A DNA stretch of 63,282 nucleotides, counting the filler, from Octopus bimaculoides (Eukaryota): the NCBI RefSeq assembly GCF_001194135.2. It is 5 parts of 4 records of this genome, joined end to end, with 100 filler letters (N's around TTAATTAATTAA, not from the genome) between each part and the next. Parts side by side here need not be neighbours in the genome. Positions count along the whole stretch, not along the records: positions 29,013 to 53,998 come from NC_068981.1; 4 more parts are not named here. One strand, written 5' to 3'. The position numbers and the translations under genes were made by a program. Position 1 is the stretch's first letter, and each line of letters opens with the position of its first letter. Under the pieces are notes generated by a model. That model searched no databases and was not told the DNA's origin. It saw only the letters and a program-made list of their open reading frames with translations. This document shows, in pieces, positions 33,901 through 49,162 of this stretch.

Positions 33901-36900
33901 ACTTTTGACGAACCGCTAAGTTACGGGGACGTAAACACACCACCACCAATTGTGAAACAGTGGTGGAGGGACATACGGACCCAAAAACTCACACACACGC
34001 GACAGGCTTCTTTCAGTTTCCGTCTATCTAATCAACTCACAAAGCTTTGGTCAACCCAAGGCTGTAGTAGAAGACACTTGCCCAAGATGCCAGATGGTTG
34101 AAAAGCAACGTTTATACTACACATCCGTCTTTCTTACCTACCTGCCTACCTATCTGTGTAGTGTGTATGTATGTATGTATGTATGTATGTATGTATGTAT
34201 GTATGTATGCATGTATGCATATTTCATGTTACGTGAAGAAGCGTTGCAGGACTGCGGCCACGCTGGGGCACTGCCTTGAAGTGTTTACTCGAACAAATCG
34301 ATCCCAGTAATATTCTATCGGTCTTTTTTGCCGAACCATTAAGTTATGGAGACGAAAACAAACCAACATCGGTTGCCAAGCGGTGGTGTAGGACAAACAT
34401 ACACTTACGCTCACACACGCATATACTGAATGCGGAGCCATGTGGTTGGGAAGCAAACTTCTTTATTTCATTTAGATTAGCCATAAGGGCTGTACATAGA
34501 ATGGCAAGAAGCCTGCGCTGGACAAGTACATTAATGAGAAATGAAAAAAGACATGGATGAAAGAAAATGAGAGGGGCACCAGCGCCCACCGACTGGCAAC
34601 CCCTCGAAAACCTTTGTTCAATAATTACAATATGATATTACAACAATAACATCAATAATACAATGTTCAAAAAACAAAACAACCAGTCACAAGTTAATCA
34701 ATTCGCCTCGTCATCGTCACAGCTCCTAAGCAATTTACTTGCTGTCTGCAGACAAGTCCGCATTGATAAGTTGGAGTCTGTGGCGAGGCAGATAAAATCA
34801 TTCTTGTCAAAGTTGGACCTTATTCTTGACAAGATCCTTCTTACCGCACAGCCACGCATTGCTTCTGTAGTTTTCATCGTTACGTCTCTTTTGCAATGAC
34901 GTATTTTTATTTCTTATAATTGAATTCGGTCTTTCAGAAAAGAATAACAGAAATCGAAGAGTATGGCTTAAATATGATTATCACTACTGCACGATGGATC
35001 TGTTTTGATAGAACAAATCTATAATCCAAAGCATTCCAACCATGACCGTCCTGATATTTTTCATGTATCATGTATCTAATAGAATATCTTGTTTTATCTT
35101 TTACTTGTTTCACTCACTAGACAACGGCCATTCTGGGGCACCATCATGATGGGTTCTAGTCAAACGAAACGAACTTAGTACTTATTTCTTTAATCCTGGT
35201 ACATATTTCTATCAATCTCCTGTGCCAAACCACTAAGTTACGGGGACATAAACAGACCAACGCCGGTTTTCAAGCGGTGATGGGGAACAAACACGAATAC
35301 AAGATACACACATATATGTAAATATATGACAGGTTTCAATCAGTTTTCGTCTACTAAATCCACTCACAAGGCTTTACTCGTCACGAGGTTAGAGTAGCGG
35401 ACACTTGCCCAAGGAGCCACTGAGTGGGAGTGAACCCAGATCCATGTGGTCGGGAAGAAAACTTCTTACCACACAATGTTTTTATTTTATTTAGTTGCTA
35501 AGTCTGGAAGAAAGGGAGAGCATTCATGGCATTTCTAGGCCCTCCAAGCCCGGCGAGATTGATGCTCTTCACGAACAGGGTTTACCGATTTTCTGGAGAA
35601 GGACTGGACGTAGTGGTTAGCGCAGATTCTGGGTGGAAGCAAGGTTGGAAACAACATGTGCAATGAAAGGAGACGATTTAGAGCCTTATATAAAAAGGGG
35701 AAGTTTGGCTACTATTTCTAGCAGATAGAGCAACTACGAAGGAAGTAGCAGACATAATTTAAAAACCAGAACTAAAATGTAATGAATTAAATAAAACTGC
35801 AAAACAAGAGTCACAACAAAAAGCAGCAACCTGAAGCTAGTTAACATATAAATATAGGAATTATCTTCATGATATCTTAATTGGATTAATTTTCAAGAGA
35901 TTGTGAAAGAATATTAATTTCAGTCGATTAGGAAAGCGAAATGGGAATGGAATTAGATTACATTTGTAGCGGCGTAAACGAAACGAAATAGCCTCAACCG
36001 AATTGCGGTTCGGCAGGAGATTAGGATATTCTTTCACATGAAGAGAACATACACGCGTGTACGTGCGCGCGCACACACACACGCACACACGCACATGCAC
36101 ACATACATACATGCACATATACATATACACAAGCACAAGCATAAAAATACATATAGAAACACACATGAACATGAATCAACTAGGCAGCCTCTATATGGTC
36201 ACTCGTTGTGCTTGAGATACCCATCGATTCCCACTCAAAAGTCACGAAGATCATGGCTGGATCATGTTGTCTCAGTTATGGCTGGCCTAGCCAAAACGCC
36301 ACTACCACCACCACCACCACCGACAACAACAAGAACAACAGCAACAACAACAACGACAATAGCAATAAACATAGAATCCATCAGAAAGCCTCGACTTAGT
36401 CACTCGATCCACTAGAAATAGCAATTAAATTTTCCTTAAATTAATTCTGCGTCTTGAAAAGCGAGAGACACATACACAATCTAGTCCTCGATGTGCAATA
36501 CCCAAGAGAAGAGATAGGACAAGGGAATTATGAATGGGTTGATTTTGATCATAGACTTGTTCTGGCAGGACTGATGCTACATAACAATAATAACAACAAC
36601 AACAACACGTACATATATACACGCGCTTTCATGTAACCGGTATGTAACCGGAGAACGGCTGGTATGTAACCGGAGAACGGTTGTAAAAACGAGAACCGAA
36701 TTTAGTGAGTTAGCCAGTCGAAGAAGCTCTCTGCTGTAATTCAACCGTTTAAGAAACACATAACGTCACATCAACGAAATATCATACATCACCAGTATTC
36801 AGCATATTATTACTAACTGGATCCAGATCTTCAGATTACACATTCTTTGACTTATAAGATTGTAAATGAGACTAGCAATAGATGAGTAGCTGGTAACATA

Positions 36901-37599
36901 TCATCAACGGGCTGAAGTTTCGGTTCCACTTAATACTTCTATTATACATTTTACATACATCATTTTTATTTTACGAATGTTCCTATTTTATACATTTTTT
37001 AACCAGTTTATTTTTTCATTTGTTTATTATAATAATTAATCAGGAGTCGTTTATATTTTCTAAATGCCTTGTTTACATAATTTATCTTGACTAAACAAGC
37101 ACAAAGCTAAATTCGTATATGGTTGACACAGAATCAATATATTCCCTGGTACAGATGTGAGCATTGATGTATCACTTTCTTAACTCAGATCTACATGCTT
37201 ATCTGATGTGGTTTAATTAATCCCGAAGAGGATTTAAAATTAAATAAAAAGGAGTAATCAGATTAACAGAAATCCGTTAATAAGTTACTGGTGCGTTATT
37301 AGTGAGTTAATGTGTTTTCGTTTTGTTTCAATGCTTTACTATACTGCAGAGGCGCTTGGCTTACTGGTTAGGATACTTGACTCACAATCAAAAGGTTTTG
37401 AGCTCAATTCCTGGACCACATGTTACCAAGCTAGTGAAGGTTGGCTGTACTAGAAAAAATTTAAATCAAGACAATCTGTATGCATAGACAGATGTAAACA
37501 CTTTACCTACAATATTTTCCTAGACAGAAAAGAGATAGCAGCCAGATTAGTTTCGATCCTATGCTGGGATTTCATCAAGGACCACTTTGCGCTTCGGGC

Positions 37600-38320
37600 C
37601 TTTGTCCTCCACAGATTGCAATCTCTAAGAAGAATGAAAGAAAAGAAAGGCAGTTTCACTCATACCAGCTTTTCCATATTGCTAGGGAGCAACACCTCCC
37701 TCTCCATTTCTCCATTCCACAAGTTAAACCTGAAAAATTTGACTGGAAAGATAGTATCTTGTTCACAAGTACGTCCACCATGTAGCCTCTTTCGCCACAA
37801 TGTTGTGACAGAGCGGAAGCTACCTGCCCCTCCTTGAGGAAGGAGGGAGGTGAGATGATCTTTATAAGAGACTTATTGGACAACTGAATCCGTCCTACGC
37901 GCTATAACAGCCGTTCGACGTGGCTCCACAGTCTAGTAATAGCCGGACACTGAACGAGTGAGTGAAGAAAAGTTTCGTCTCTCTCCATGCATCTCAGTCC
38001 TTTAACAAAAAGGATACTTCCTTATTTGTGGAACTTATTCCGAACTGGTAACATCTCCCTCTGTAATAATACCAGGCCAGAGATTTCTGGAAGTTGCTCT
38101 TTGTACCGGGGTTAAAGCCCCACAAAATAAGTTACTGAACCTTCGGAATAAGTTATTTCATTGTCTCCCAGAGTCGTTGCTCTTGTTAGTTACTGACCCT
38201 CTATTATAGACATTCTAGCGACAGTATTGCTCAGTTGTTAGAGGACTCTTAGAATCTTTCAATGTCCCAGTTACCTGATTCACAATGTTAGTCTTCATCT
38301 GGCACTGGGCTGCAGGTCAA
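37600..38320 (-). mobile_element. Decayed Tx1-type LINE ORF2 C-terminus with the zinc finger
   Basis: With stops and frameshifts: FQKSLAWYYYRG / LPVRNKFHK*GSI..LRCMERDETFLHSLVQCPAITRLWSHVERLL*RVGRIQLSNKSLIKIISPPSF, matching the C..C...ET..H.L..C motif. Confidence 0.8.
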
Positions 38321-41300
38321 AGAGACGGTCTGTGGGAGAGCGAGCTTCGCGAACGGTGATCATACCTGTTCACCGGTTATGACCAAATGTATGATTGGGG
38401 GCATTTCAGAAGTGACCATCCAGTCTTTTCAATTAATTCATCGCAAACTAAATTATCCAATGTGCTATTCCATTTTGAAAGACAACTGGATACAATCTGA
38501 GAGATTTGGATTCTGTTTTCAGAAGACGAAGCTACCATATAAGACACTTCCTCGTTAGTTCTTATATCTAAGGGCGTGTAAAACTGATATAGCTCACCAG
38601 TCTTTAAGTAGTTTTTTACGGACTGACTTAAACCCGACTCAGTATAATAAGATAACCAAATACTCGCCAATTATGCACTGTTTCCTCTGCTTATAACACT
38701 CAACTGCACCGCCACTTCTCGCTTCCATTGTTTCTACTGCATCACTCACACCTTTGTACTGATAATTCATCGAAAAACACATTATCTATTCAATTATTAT
38801 GATATTTGCAGGTCAAGTGGCTTGGCTATGGGTACAGTACACAACTGGTACCGGGATACGAATCGCGTGCTCTTCAATCGATAATACAAGCTTCTGGTCC
38901 ATGTGGTTCGTCGTGGATGTCTAAAATAGTTAATGACTTTCTTAATCTAGAAAAGATCAGGAAGGATAAATAATGTTTTGCATCAATGTAATTGAAACAT
39001 TAAAATGATTTATTTCAGTAAATTGATTAGTCTATTCATTAAGTACCACTCATTAAGAAATTAGATTTCGACAATCAAATAAACAGAATAATTTGCGCCA
39101 AGTTCTGAACATGTAGTGCAAAAGATAAACTTATAAATCAGATCGAGATGGTTTCAATACTAGATTGCATCTCGGTCGGAGTTCTTTTACTGTACGTGCT
39201 GCAATTGCTATCAAGTGCGATAAATATCGATTTCGAATTTAGTAGATGGTACTTTATTTTTTATAACCCCACAGAAAGATGAAAGGAAAAAGTTGAACCC
39301 GCCTTCGAAATGTTGAAGGACACAATTAAATACCGGTAGGCATGTAGTCTGATTCTGCCCAACTACCGTCATATAAAAAAAGATACAAACACTACAATAT
39401 TACTTTCTCCTATTTCTAAAATATGGGGTATTTGTACTTTGTAAAAAAAAAAATGAAAAGCTACAAAGAAAGAAAACAACCAACCTAGTAATTTATGAGT
39501 ATCTAAGGTACAGGATGACCATAAAAACCTCGAGAAATTAAAGTAAAGAAAAATAAATACTCAAATTTTAAAATGCCAAAATGTTTGAGAGTTGTTTTTG
39601 AAAAGATTTTAAGTTTTCGGACTGTTTAACTCATAAGTTAGTTCTGAAAATATCCTAGCCGCAGGACAATGAAAAGATTTTTCGATACTTATATTTACAT
39701 GTAGATGTAAATATTGGAAAAAGAAATGCTTCATCTCCGAAGATGAGGTTAATAGTCTGAAAAACTTATAATCTTAGCTTTTTTTATTTGAAAACATTTT
39801 ATTTATATATTTTATTTATATCTTTTATATACCTGATGGAGTCATAGTGTATGAAATCTATTTTAGTTTTCTAAGAGATATTAGTTTAAGTTGATCCCGG
39901 TATTTTACTACTAATTATTTTTATCGATCACAGTAAGATAAAATAAAAAAAATAAAAAAATAATATGTGGCAAAGAAAAGCCACGGTATATCAAAATAGA
40001 TTCAGTAAAACTCTCTACAAACTGAGCAAATGCGTCTGTTCTTAGACTGCCTCCAGTGATATACAAAATAAAGTAAATCTACAGAGACTTGTTCTTAAAA
40101 GTGAGATGTAAAATTCTATACAGTTTTCTCCGAATGTCTTAGCCGCAAGACAATGATAAAGAAGCAACCATTTCTATAAATAGAAACAAAATGGCCAAAC
40201 AGAATTCATATTCAACTAGTTGACGCCACAACGTGCTTCAGCTTTGTTCTACCAACTGTTCACATAATTAATGAATAAATATCAGCAAGCTGTAGAAATT
40301 GTATTAACATTCCTAAGAGATTGCACTGTATTTTAATGGAGATTGTGCAACAAATAAAGAATCAGACTACGTTTTGATCGGTATCTTTCGATTTTTTTTA
40401 GTTGAAATTCTAACGTGGCAAATAGAAACCATAATTAACAATATAATTATCTCAAGTTCAACCAAACCACCATATTTCCTCTCTCTATTACTATAAAACC
40501 AACTCCTACGGTTAAAACAGTTTCAAGATGATTTATATAGCTGATATGATTTATGTAGTCGATATAATTTATGGAGTAAATGTGATTTACATATTGGACT
40601 CGTTTTCGACATGATTTTGGCGTGTAAAAAGTATAAAAAAGTAGTATCCTTCTGAGTTGCCGACTCCGTTTCGATTCTCAATTGATGCAAGTTAGCTTCA
40701 CTGCGCGCCAATAAAAAAGAAAAAAAAAAAAGAAAAAAAAAATGGAAGAAAAGGAAAAAGGCGTGAAAACCCTATTCTGCACTTTCTTTTGAAATATAAG
40801 GCCCTTGTGTATAGTCTAGTTGATATGATTTATTGAGGAGAAAATATTTATATACTGAGTCGGCTATTTTTCCAATAGAGTTTTGATTATAGTGTCAAGC
40901 GCTGCTGAGTCGCAGCAAGTTCCAAGAGAGCTTAGTCTACGATCTCACTACGACACCACACCGTAGTTACTTCACTTCCCATTACCCCCACATTTGCCTT
41001 ATAAATCTGGTGATTTGTGCTGATGTAAGAAATCAATGTAATTTTGGCTTCATTTTCAATATTATCCCCTCGAGAAAACTTTGAAATAAATCATTTCTAT
41101 ACTACCTTTCAAGAGATTTACGCTTGCAAAAACAAAACAGAGCAAGAAACAAAAACGAACAAATAAACAACAAAAACAAAGACAAGAACAAAAAAAGAAA
41201 AAAACATCAAAAACAGCAACACAGTACAATTATATATTTTCCTTTTTTTAGAAAACAACCTTCTTATCTTTAGTCAAAGAGAAGACAAAAGTATCATTGT

Positions 41301-42026
41301 AAAGGAATCGAAATGAAGAGATATTGTAAGTGTCCAAAAAATAAATAGATAAATAAATAAAAAGAAAAGAAAAACTGAAAAAACAAAAACAAAACAATCT
41401 ATGATGTGAAGCACAATTATTTAACAACGTTTCAGAGATAACAAGATAACAAAACTGATATGAATGAAGTGAAATAAATTATATTCATTAACTGAAGTTT
41501 TCTCAGGAAAAATTTGGTTTTTGCAAATTTGCAAAGTTTAAAGTTTCGTATTGCGGAAAAGGTGATATATATATATATATATGTTCGTGCGTGTGTGTGT
41601 GTTTGTGTNNNNNNNNNNNNNNNNNNNNNNNNNNNNNNNNNNNNNNNNNNNNNNNNNNNNNNNNNNNNNNNNNNNNNNNNNNNNNNNNNNNNNNNNNNNN
41701 NNNNNNNNNNNNNNNNNNNNNNNNNNNNNNNNNNNNNNNNNNNNNNNNNNNNNNNNNNNNNNNNNNNNNNNNNNNNNNNNNNNNNNNNNNNNNNNNNNNN
41801 NNNNNNNNNNNNNNNNNNNNNNNNNNNNNNNNNNNNNNNNNNNNNNNNNNNNNNNNNNNNNNNNNNNNNNNNNNNNNNNNNNNNNNNNNNNNNNNNNNNN
41901 NNNNNNNNNNNNNNNNNNNNNNNNNNNNNNNNNNNNNNNNNNNNNNNNNNNNNNNNNNNNNNNNNNNNNNNNNNNNNNNNNNNNNNNNNNNNNNNNNNNN
42001 NNNNNNNNNNNNNNNNNNNNNNNNNN

Positions 42027-42063
<37 letters not shown>

Positions 42064-43329
42064 ACATACATAGTCGCTATTTAAAACAAGGCTGAAGAGA
42101 TCAAATGTCCGTGATAAAAATATCTAGATGTCGCGGAAGGTGTAAATTAAGTAAATATATACGAATTATTTATATATGTATATTTAACATTAATTCTTTC
42201 TGTTAATTTCTTTCCTACTGACATTGGTCATCGTCACAACTAATTACTAATTAGCTGTTGATCACTGTCAGTGGAAACATGCGTCTCTTATACAAATTAA
42301 AATTTATCTTGTGAGGTAAATCACTAGCAGATATTTCAAGCGCACTAACTTAATCATTTCCTGTAGAACAGTCCATAGGTATTTTCATTGAATTCATAAG
42401 ACAAGGTTATTTCGGTTGCATATAAATACGCTCGCTTTATTCTCCGTCTGTATTGCAGTCGTCTTATATTCAACCACTCGTGGCTGACTGCTATTCATAG
42501 TAAGGCTTCACGAGAATCTCTCACTTTCAGCATTGGATAAAGGAGTGGAAATTCGCAGGAATATGGACGTATTTGAGACTTCTTTCTGTTTGTTCATTTC
42601 ACATAGGCATTGGTCTAGTCCTAATTTCTAAGTTGTAAAACGCTCTCAATAAACAAATACCTCAATTAGACGAATTAAGTCGTGTCATCTGATGTTCAAG
42701 TGTATTTAGTTAACACATTAATCAGTATTAGGTATTTTAGGTTTTATAACTTAACTTTTCCAGTGGGGAATTCCTGGTATATTTTCTAAGAGAGGATATT
42801 TTTCGGTTGTATAGAAATGGGCTTAGTTCTTTCTCTTTGAGTGTTCTGACCGCTGTTTTTTTTAGCCCGCTCCTTCGTAGACCACTATTATTTATAGCAA
42901 AGCTTCATAAAAACCTGTCCCTTTCAACCCACGTGAAGGAGCAAAAATTCTCAGAAACATCTAGATGCTCCAGAAGTTCACCATAAAATAAATACATGCT
43001 TTTTGAAATGGATATACACACAGTTCATTTTAAAAAAAATATTTATTTCACATACACATTAATGGTGATCATAATCTCCATTAATTTATAAATAGTTGTA
43101 GAGTGCTCTCAGCGAATAAGTACTCCAATCACGCAAATTAAGATGAGTCTTATGAGGTTCATATGTAACAGACACATACTCTCACACCTGCACATATATA
43201 AGCAACAATGCGATATCATGGCTCAGAGGGCATTCGACTTACTACCAAGGAATTCATTGCTAAGTAGCAGATAGAAAGAGGTAAGAAGAGGAAATGCTAA
43301 ATCTCTCCACTCCTCTTACTGATGGATTT

Positions 43330-43900
43330 GGTTTCGAAAGGTGCAAAGAACTACCCAGAGAGAATGAAGAGCAAAGGACATCCGGTAGTTCTACCGCTAT
43401 GTGCCTTTGTAGTTGACATTATTGCCATAGCCGAAACACCGACAGAAGCACAAGCTCTACTACACTCAACTGTGCACCAAAGCCCTAAAAACTCGTAGAC
43501 TGTCCATAATATATGAGCAATTTAAATAATTCTGCTTTGAAATTGGAGAGAAACTTATTCTAACGATTAAAGAACAGGATTTGGATGTACCTTCGCACTA
43601 TTCCTAAAATACTTCCTAAGGAAAGTATTGAGATTTTGTACCAGCTCGCCACTGTAAAGTAATTCATCATATTGAAGTGGAGAATGGTGCGCCAAAAGCA
43701 GTTGAATTAGGAAGTGGATGCACATGAGCTGCTTGAGAGAAAGAAAGCTATCGTGAAGTACATTGTTGGAAATAGAGCCAGTAGGATAGTGATTTTTCTT
43801 ATTAGTGGCGTACAAAGTGCTTCATTCTGCGGTCAGTATAAAAAAGTGGGGGCTGGAATGACACTACTGAGTGGCATCGATGCAAAAGTTATGCATCGTT
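43330..43900 (+). mobile_element. Highly decayed RTE-like reverse transcriptase fragment
   Basis: LCAFVVDIIAIAETPTEAQALLHS resembles the LAFADDIAL...EAQ.LL motif. Downstream sequence resembles the RTE C-terminus but is broken. Confidence 0.4.
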
Positions 43901-44361
43901 AGAGTATTTTCTAGCAGCATTCAAATAATTCCTCGTAAAGTATACCTGGTGGCATAACTCCACACATACATTATTTATATATGTTTTCAGAATACCTAGA
44001 TGCCCGAATGTCACGACCATAAGAAATAGGTTCTCGGTAAATACCTTCTTAAACAGTCCTAACAAAGCAGAATATTTTTGTCCTTGAAGTCTCCGTTTAT
44101 GGTGTACTATAGTCTCGTGGCAAAAGTTAGTGTTAAATAATAAGAGCCGATTATATATGTAAGCGAAATATCTTCCACTATGCTTCACATAACTAAGTAA
44201 AGAGGGAGTGAATTCTCTGAGTGATATCCAATAAATATAAACTCTCCTTTATGTATTGAATGATCTCGTATTCTGTTTCTGCATATTAAAGTGTATGTGT
44301 GTGTGTGTGCGAATGTATACATACATGCATACATACATACATACATACACACATACGTACA

Positions 44362-44395
<34 letters not shown>

Positions 44396-46771
44396 CATAT
44401 ATATATATCGGTCATACTCCAAGAAAAACTTTTATCCTTATTCGTATTGCCTTTTCTATGTCGTAAATAATATTGAATAATGAGATAAAACAAAGTCTAA
44501 AACAAAAGAAAAATCACTAACTAGTAACCAACTATGCGTAATCTATGTCGATCGTTTATAACCAAAGCAAAAGTTATTGAAGCTCATCGTGATTTAGAGA
44601 GAGATTTAATTATGTAGTGTATATGTTATGGTAATCCGCTAGTTCAAAGAACAAAGGAGGCAAGAATGGCGATATAAATCAAATGAAATATATATATATT
44701 TATACATATATATGAGAAAGACAAAGTTAACTACTGACTGCGTTTGGTGCTAACATATGAAATAAACGATTGGAGGCAGAAAATTACTTCGGGCGAATCG
44801 TTAAACCTCAAATCTGTCCGAAAATCAAAGCAAACAATATAAAACAAAACTATTAACAGATTGCTTAATAAATAAATAAATCAGCCAAAATGTATTGTGA
44901 AACTTGAGGATTGCATCAACGTGATCAGATCTTTGCTGTTCCCTTTTAAAGTGTACAAGAAGTCAACAGTGGTTTTTATGTACAATGATTTTTTTCTTTT
45001 TTAGCTTAGGTATAAAGTCACAATTTCTTTTCGAGGAAATAATTAATTACATCGACCCCAGAATTTTACTGCTACTTCTTTTTATGATCGTTGCCAAAAG
45101 GATGAAAGGCAAACTCAACATTAGCTGAATTTGAATTGATTTAGAACTCGAAACTTGAAATGATTTAGATAAACACTGTAAAACTTAATCGATGATCTAC
45201 CAGTTCATCGCCCTTTCTATCTATCTATCTATCTATCTATCTATTAAGACTGTGAACAAGTTTGAATGATGAAAAGTAACTATACATAGATCTGAGTTTG
45301 TGGCGCAAGTTCGATTTAAAGTTGACGTGGCTTATTACTTATATCTGGCAATTTTATTTATTGTTGGGAAGGTGGCGTCAGGCTATTCTCTTCGGTGATT
45401 ACATGAAGATTTTAAAATCAAAATGACCATGCATTTAGAGTCACATACAAATATTTCTTTACTCTTTTTAGAATACTGGCCTAGAAGCATTCCTGTTTTT
45501 GAACTTCAGGTTTCAAGTTAAAATCTTACCGGTGTTGAGCTTCTCTTTCATTGTTCAGATGTTGATAAAATAAGCACCAATGATATATCGCTTTTCCTTG
45601 TGCTTTCAACCCTTAATAAAGTCGTAGCATCGCCGTCGTGTCATACGGTATGCCTTGGGTATTTTAAAGCTGGAAGACCCTGTCCTTCTCAAAGAATGAA
45701 CACAATCGATTTTTCTATGAAGAGAAAGAGAAGAATTGAATCAACACTGAGTGATACTTTATTTATCGATCCCGAAAGGACGAAGGGCAAAGTTGATCTC
45801 GGCAAAATTTGAATTCAGAACGCAGAGAACTGGAACGAGTATCACAAGACATTCTTTCAAGCGTTTTAATGTCTCTATCAACTCGTTGCTTTCAGTGATA
45901 TACAAGTATCGATCCAATCAATTATATCTCCAACCCCAAACTTACGCAGAATATTTGCTTTTGTATAGTTCAAATAAATTAAAAATGAAACGAAAATTGT
46001 CAAAAGAAATAATTTATTTATGAATTTATGAAATTAACCTTAAACGTGAAATGGAAAATGGTAGCCTTCGTGCTTTTGTTTTTAGAAACTTGAGAGCAAC
46101 GAGTGAAAAAGATCATTCTTAATGAGAATCGTAGCCATGTTTTTATTCGCTGATAACTAGATTCTATTCGCTGCAGGTGTCTCGGCGTACAATAATTTCT
46201 TTTCACATGATACACATGGCTGTTTTTGTTTTGATAAACGAAACAGTTCTATAATCAATTGATTCGGAACTAAGAAAGATGAAACTGAATTATCTTCTCT
46301 CTTGTTTTATCATCTTCCGATTTTATTTCTTCGCCACTTGTATTGATTTGTTTTCGACTTTGTACCGAACCTTAATTTAGAGTCGTTAGGAATGAGCTTG
46401 TGAGGTGTTTATGCCATTTCAACAGTATTAGTATTTCAAAGTCACTTTCACACTATTTTAGTTATTAAGAACATCATTTGAAAGTTTCGTTTTCCAATAA
46501 TATGTGAGTGGGAATGGGTGAAGTCCATCTTGTTGCTATAACGTATTCATGGCAAAATTTAAACTCTATGCGGAAAGTCAGTGAAACGCTCAATCTACTC
46601 AAACTTTGTCATTCCACTCACAAATACATCCGGTGGGTTAACCAAGCGAGGGTTAAGTGCAGCTCCCTCAATACTAAGGTGCGATACCATATATTTTCAA
46701 AAGCTTTGTATGGAACTATTAGGAGGTACAAATAAAAACAGGGATGCTGAATACAACTACTGTAAGAAATA

Positions 46772-46989
46772 AGAAGGGGTGCTGAAAAGTACCTAGCTTT
46801 GGGTAAAAAAAATACAGGAGGGTTAGTTAATTATAATTTTGTTCAACATATTCCCCTCTCAGATTCACACGTTTATTGCAGCGGTCTTTCAGTTTTCCTA
46901 AGCCCTGGAAAAGAACTCGGAAGGTTGGCCTCAAACCAGACCTTTCGCAAGACCTTTAAAGCCAAGAACATTTCAGCCCCCCCCCCTTG
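46772..46989. mobile_element. mariner-derived MITE flanked by TA
   Basis: Left end AGAAGGGGTGCTGAAAAGT and right-end reverse complement CAAGGGGGGGGGCTGAAATGT. TA is at 46770-46771 and 46990-46991. Confidence 0.6.
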
Positions 46990-48606
46990 TATTTTATTTG
47001 GATTATTGATTTACGTGTTGCATGATATTTAAATTTCAGTTCTAGTTTTCAATATATAGTAGCCATAAATAGTAGCCATGCTGTTGTTTCTTTTTAATTG
47101 CAGTATATTAACGTCACACCCTTTCTCGTCTCTCATTTACTTCTCTTTGTCATTTTCTCCATATTCCTCCTCTTAAACTATCGTCACTATGGTTTTACGC
47201 ATTAACGCTAGACGTTTCAGTACATTAGATAAACAATACTGACAAGTTGTTAATTTGTTCAAATGATTAACACATGAGAAAATCTGACACAAGAAGTATT
47301 CATTGTTCAAATTTATAGTTCCAATGAGGTTTCAGATCTGAAGGTTTTAATTACATTATGGAATGAAAATTTCAAAATTATTTATCAGTAAATGCTGAGG
47401 CGAATGACAAATAGTGTAAAATATCTTCTAGTACAGAATATAATGAAAAATAGACCTAGTTCTACACTGTAGTAAACTGGTTCGTAAAACTAACTTTTAA
47501 ATTATTTATTTCGTAGGGATAAGCAAACAATTTTTTAGGGAACAGAATTGAATATAAACCATTTAGAAGTAAAACGTCCTGTAATTCTTATTCGGTGGTT
47601 GCGTGTGCATATTGTTGTTGCTATTGGGTAACCCGGGACAGAGGTGTCACAAGTGTTAGTGGCACCTAATGCAGCAACTAATAGTATTACCTCCTCACAT
47701 GAACCTCTCCCCGTTCAAGACAATACAGAACACTCACCGATGCTCTTTTGCAATAATGTTACACATGAATCGAAATTCTTGTATTTCACGAAATGTAATG
47801 ATATAAACAACTAGTAAAAATTAAAATTATACTTTAAATTACAATATCATATGCACACCATAAATGTATTTATATATTTCATGTAGTTAAAGTGAGAAAT
47901 AACACTAGAATTCGGAGTAAAATCATTGAAAAAACTACATCAAAATTGTGTTGATTTAAACGTTTAAATTCATGTTATATGAGATACATTAATGGATAAG
48001 GCATGCATTTTATACACCACTTTTCATATAAGAACAATGTATTACTATTATAAATAAATACAAATGAAAATCACTGTTTTCTTAGCTTTTCCTAGAGAAT
48101 ATGAATCTTTTGACCAACTTTAGAGTTAAAATAATCATCAACGTTACGTTAATGAACAATTAATTGCTCTAATTACCACTATTATATCAAAATTAAATTC
48201 ACTTGAAAGCAAAATTGATTTGTATAAACAATCAATACATGAACGTTTGAAATGAACTATTTGCACTATATATATATATATATATATATAAGCGCAGGTG
48301 TAGAAGTAAGGTTAAGAACTCACTTTGCAAGTTCATGGTTTCGGGTTCAGTCACACTGCGCGACATCTTAGACAAGTGTCTTCTACTAAAGCTGAGAGCT
48401 GAGAGCTTAGTGAATTTGAGTTAGAAAAATAGGAGCTAAAATTTAAAACTGAACATTTCAACGCTAATATGTCAAAACAGACTGGCGATTTTATTACTCA
48501 AACACACACACACATGCGCGCACACACTCACACACATTCACACACATACTCACACACAAACACGCACGCACATGCACACACAGACACACTTATAAAGATA
48601 TATGTA

Positions 48607-49162
48607 CGAGATGGTATCAAACATTTTTCGGACTATTTATGTAGTGCTTCAACAGATGATAGCACGCGGTTGCGTGCGCTGTCAGAGCTAGCAAGCAGCG
48701 ATCTTCATAGGGCAGTGTGCCGAGTGATAGTGCTGTGCTTACTCCGCAAGTTGTGAAATTTAAGTTTTTGTGATCACATGTATCCCGTAGGCTGCGATTT
48801 TTGTCATGGACAAGAAGTTGGAACAAAGAGCCAATTTGCGTTTAACTTGGGAAATCTGCTACAGAGACATTGACCATGCTTCGGCAAGCTTAGGACTACG
48901 AGGCAATGGGACAATGTTTCGATTGGCACGGGCGCTTCAAAAGGCACGACAGAGCCGCAGCTCATTCAAGAGTATGCTTATCGTTTTTGTTTGGACATCC
49001 ACGGTATTGTGTATTGAGAATTCGTCCCCCAGGGCCAGACCATCAATCGAGAGTTTTTCTACGAAATTTTGAAGCGTTTAAGGGAGGACGTTTGGCGAAA
49101 GAAACCGGATCTGTGGAGCGCGAACAATCAGATTCTTCACGACGACAATGCACCCTGTCATC
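48607..49162 (+). mobile_element. Deleted mariner transposon (left end plus transposase remnants)
   Basis: TA|CGAGATGGTATCAAA end, then MDKKLEQRAN..., KSMLIVF...and, across frameshifts, ILKRLREDVWRKKPDLWSANNQILHDDNAPCH. Confidence 0.8.

Noticed and set aside
36631-36682. 22-bp direct duplication gtatgtaaccggagaacgg
   Set aside because: It is a simple local slippage duplication with no further structure.
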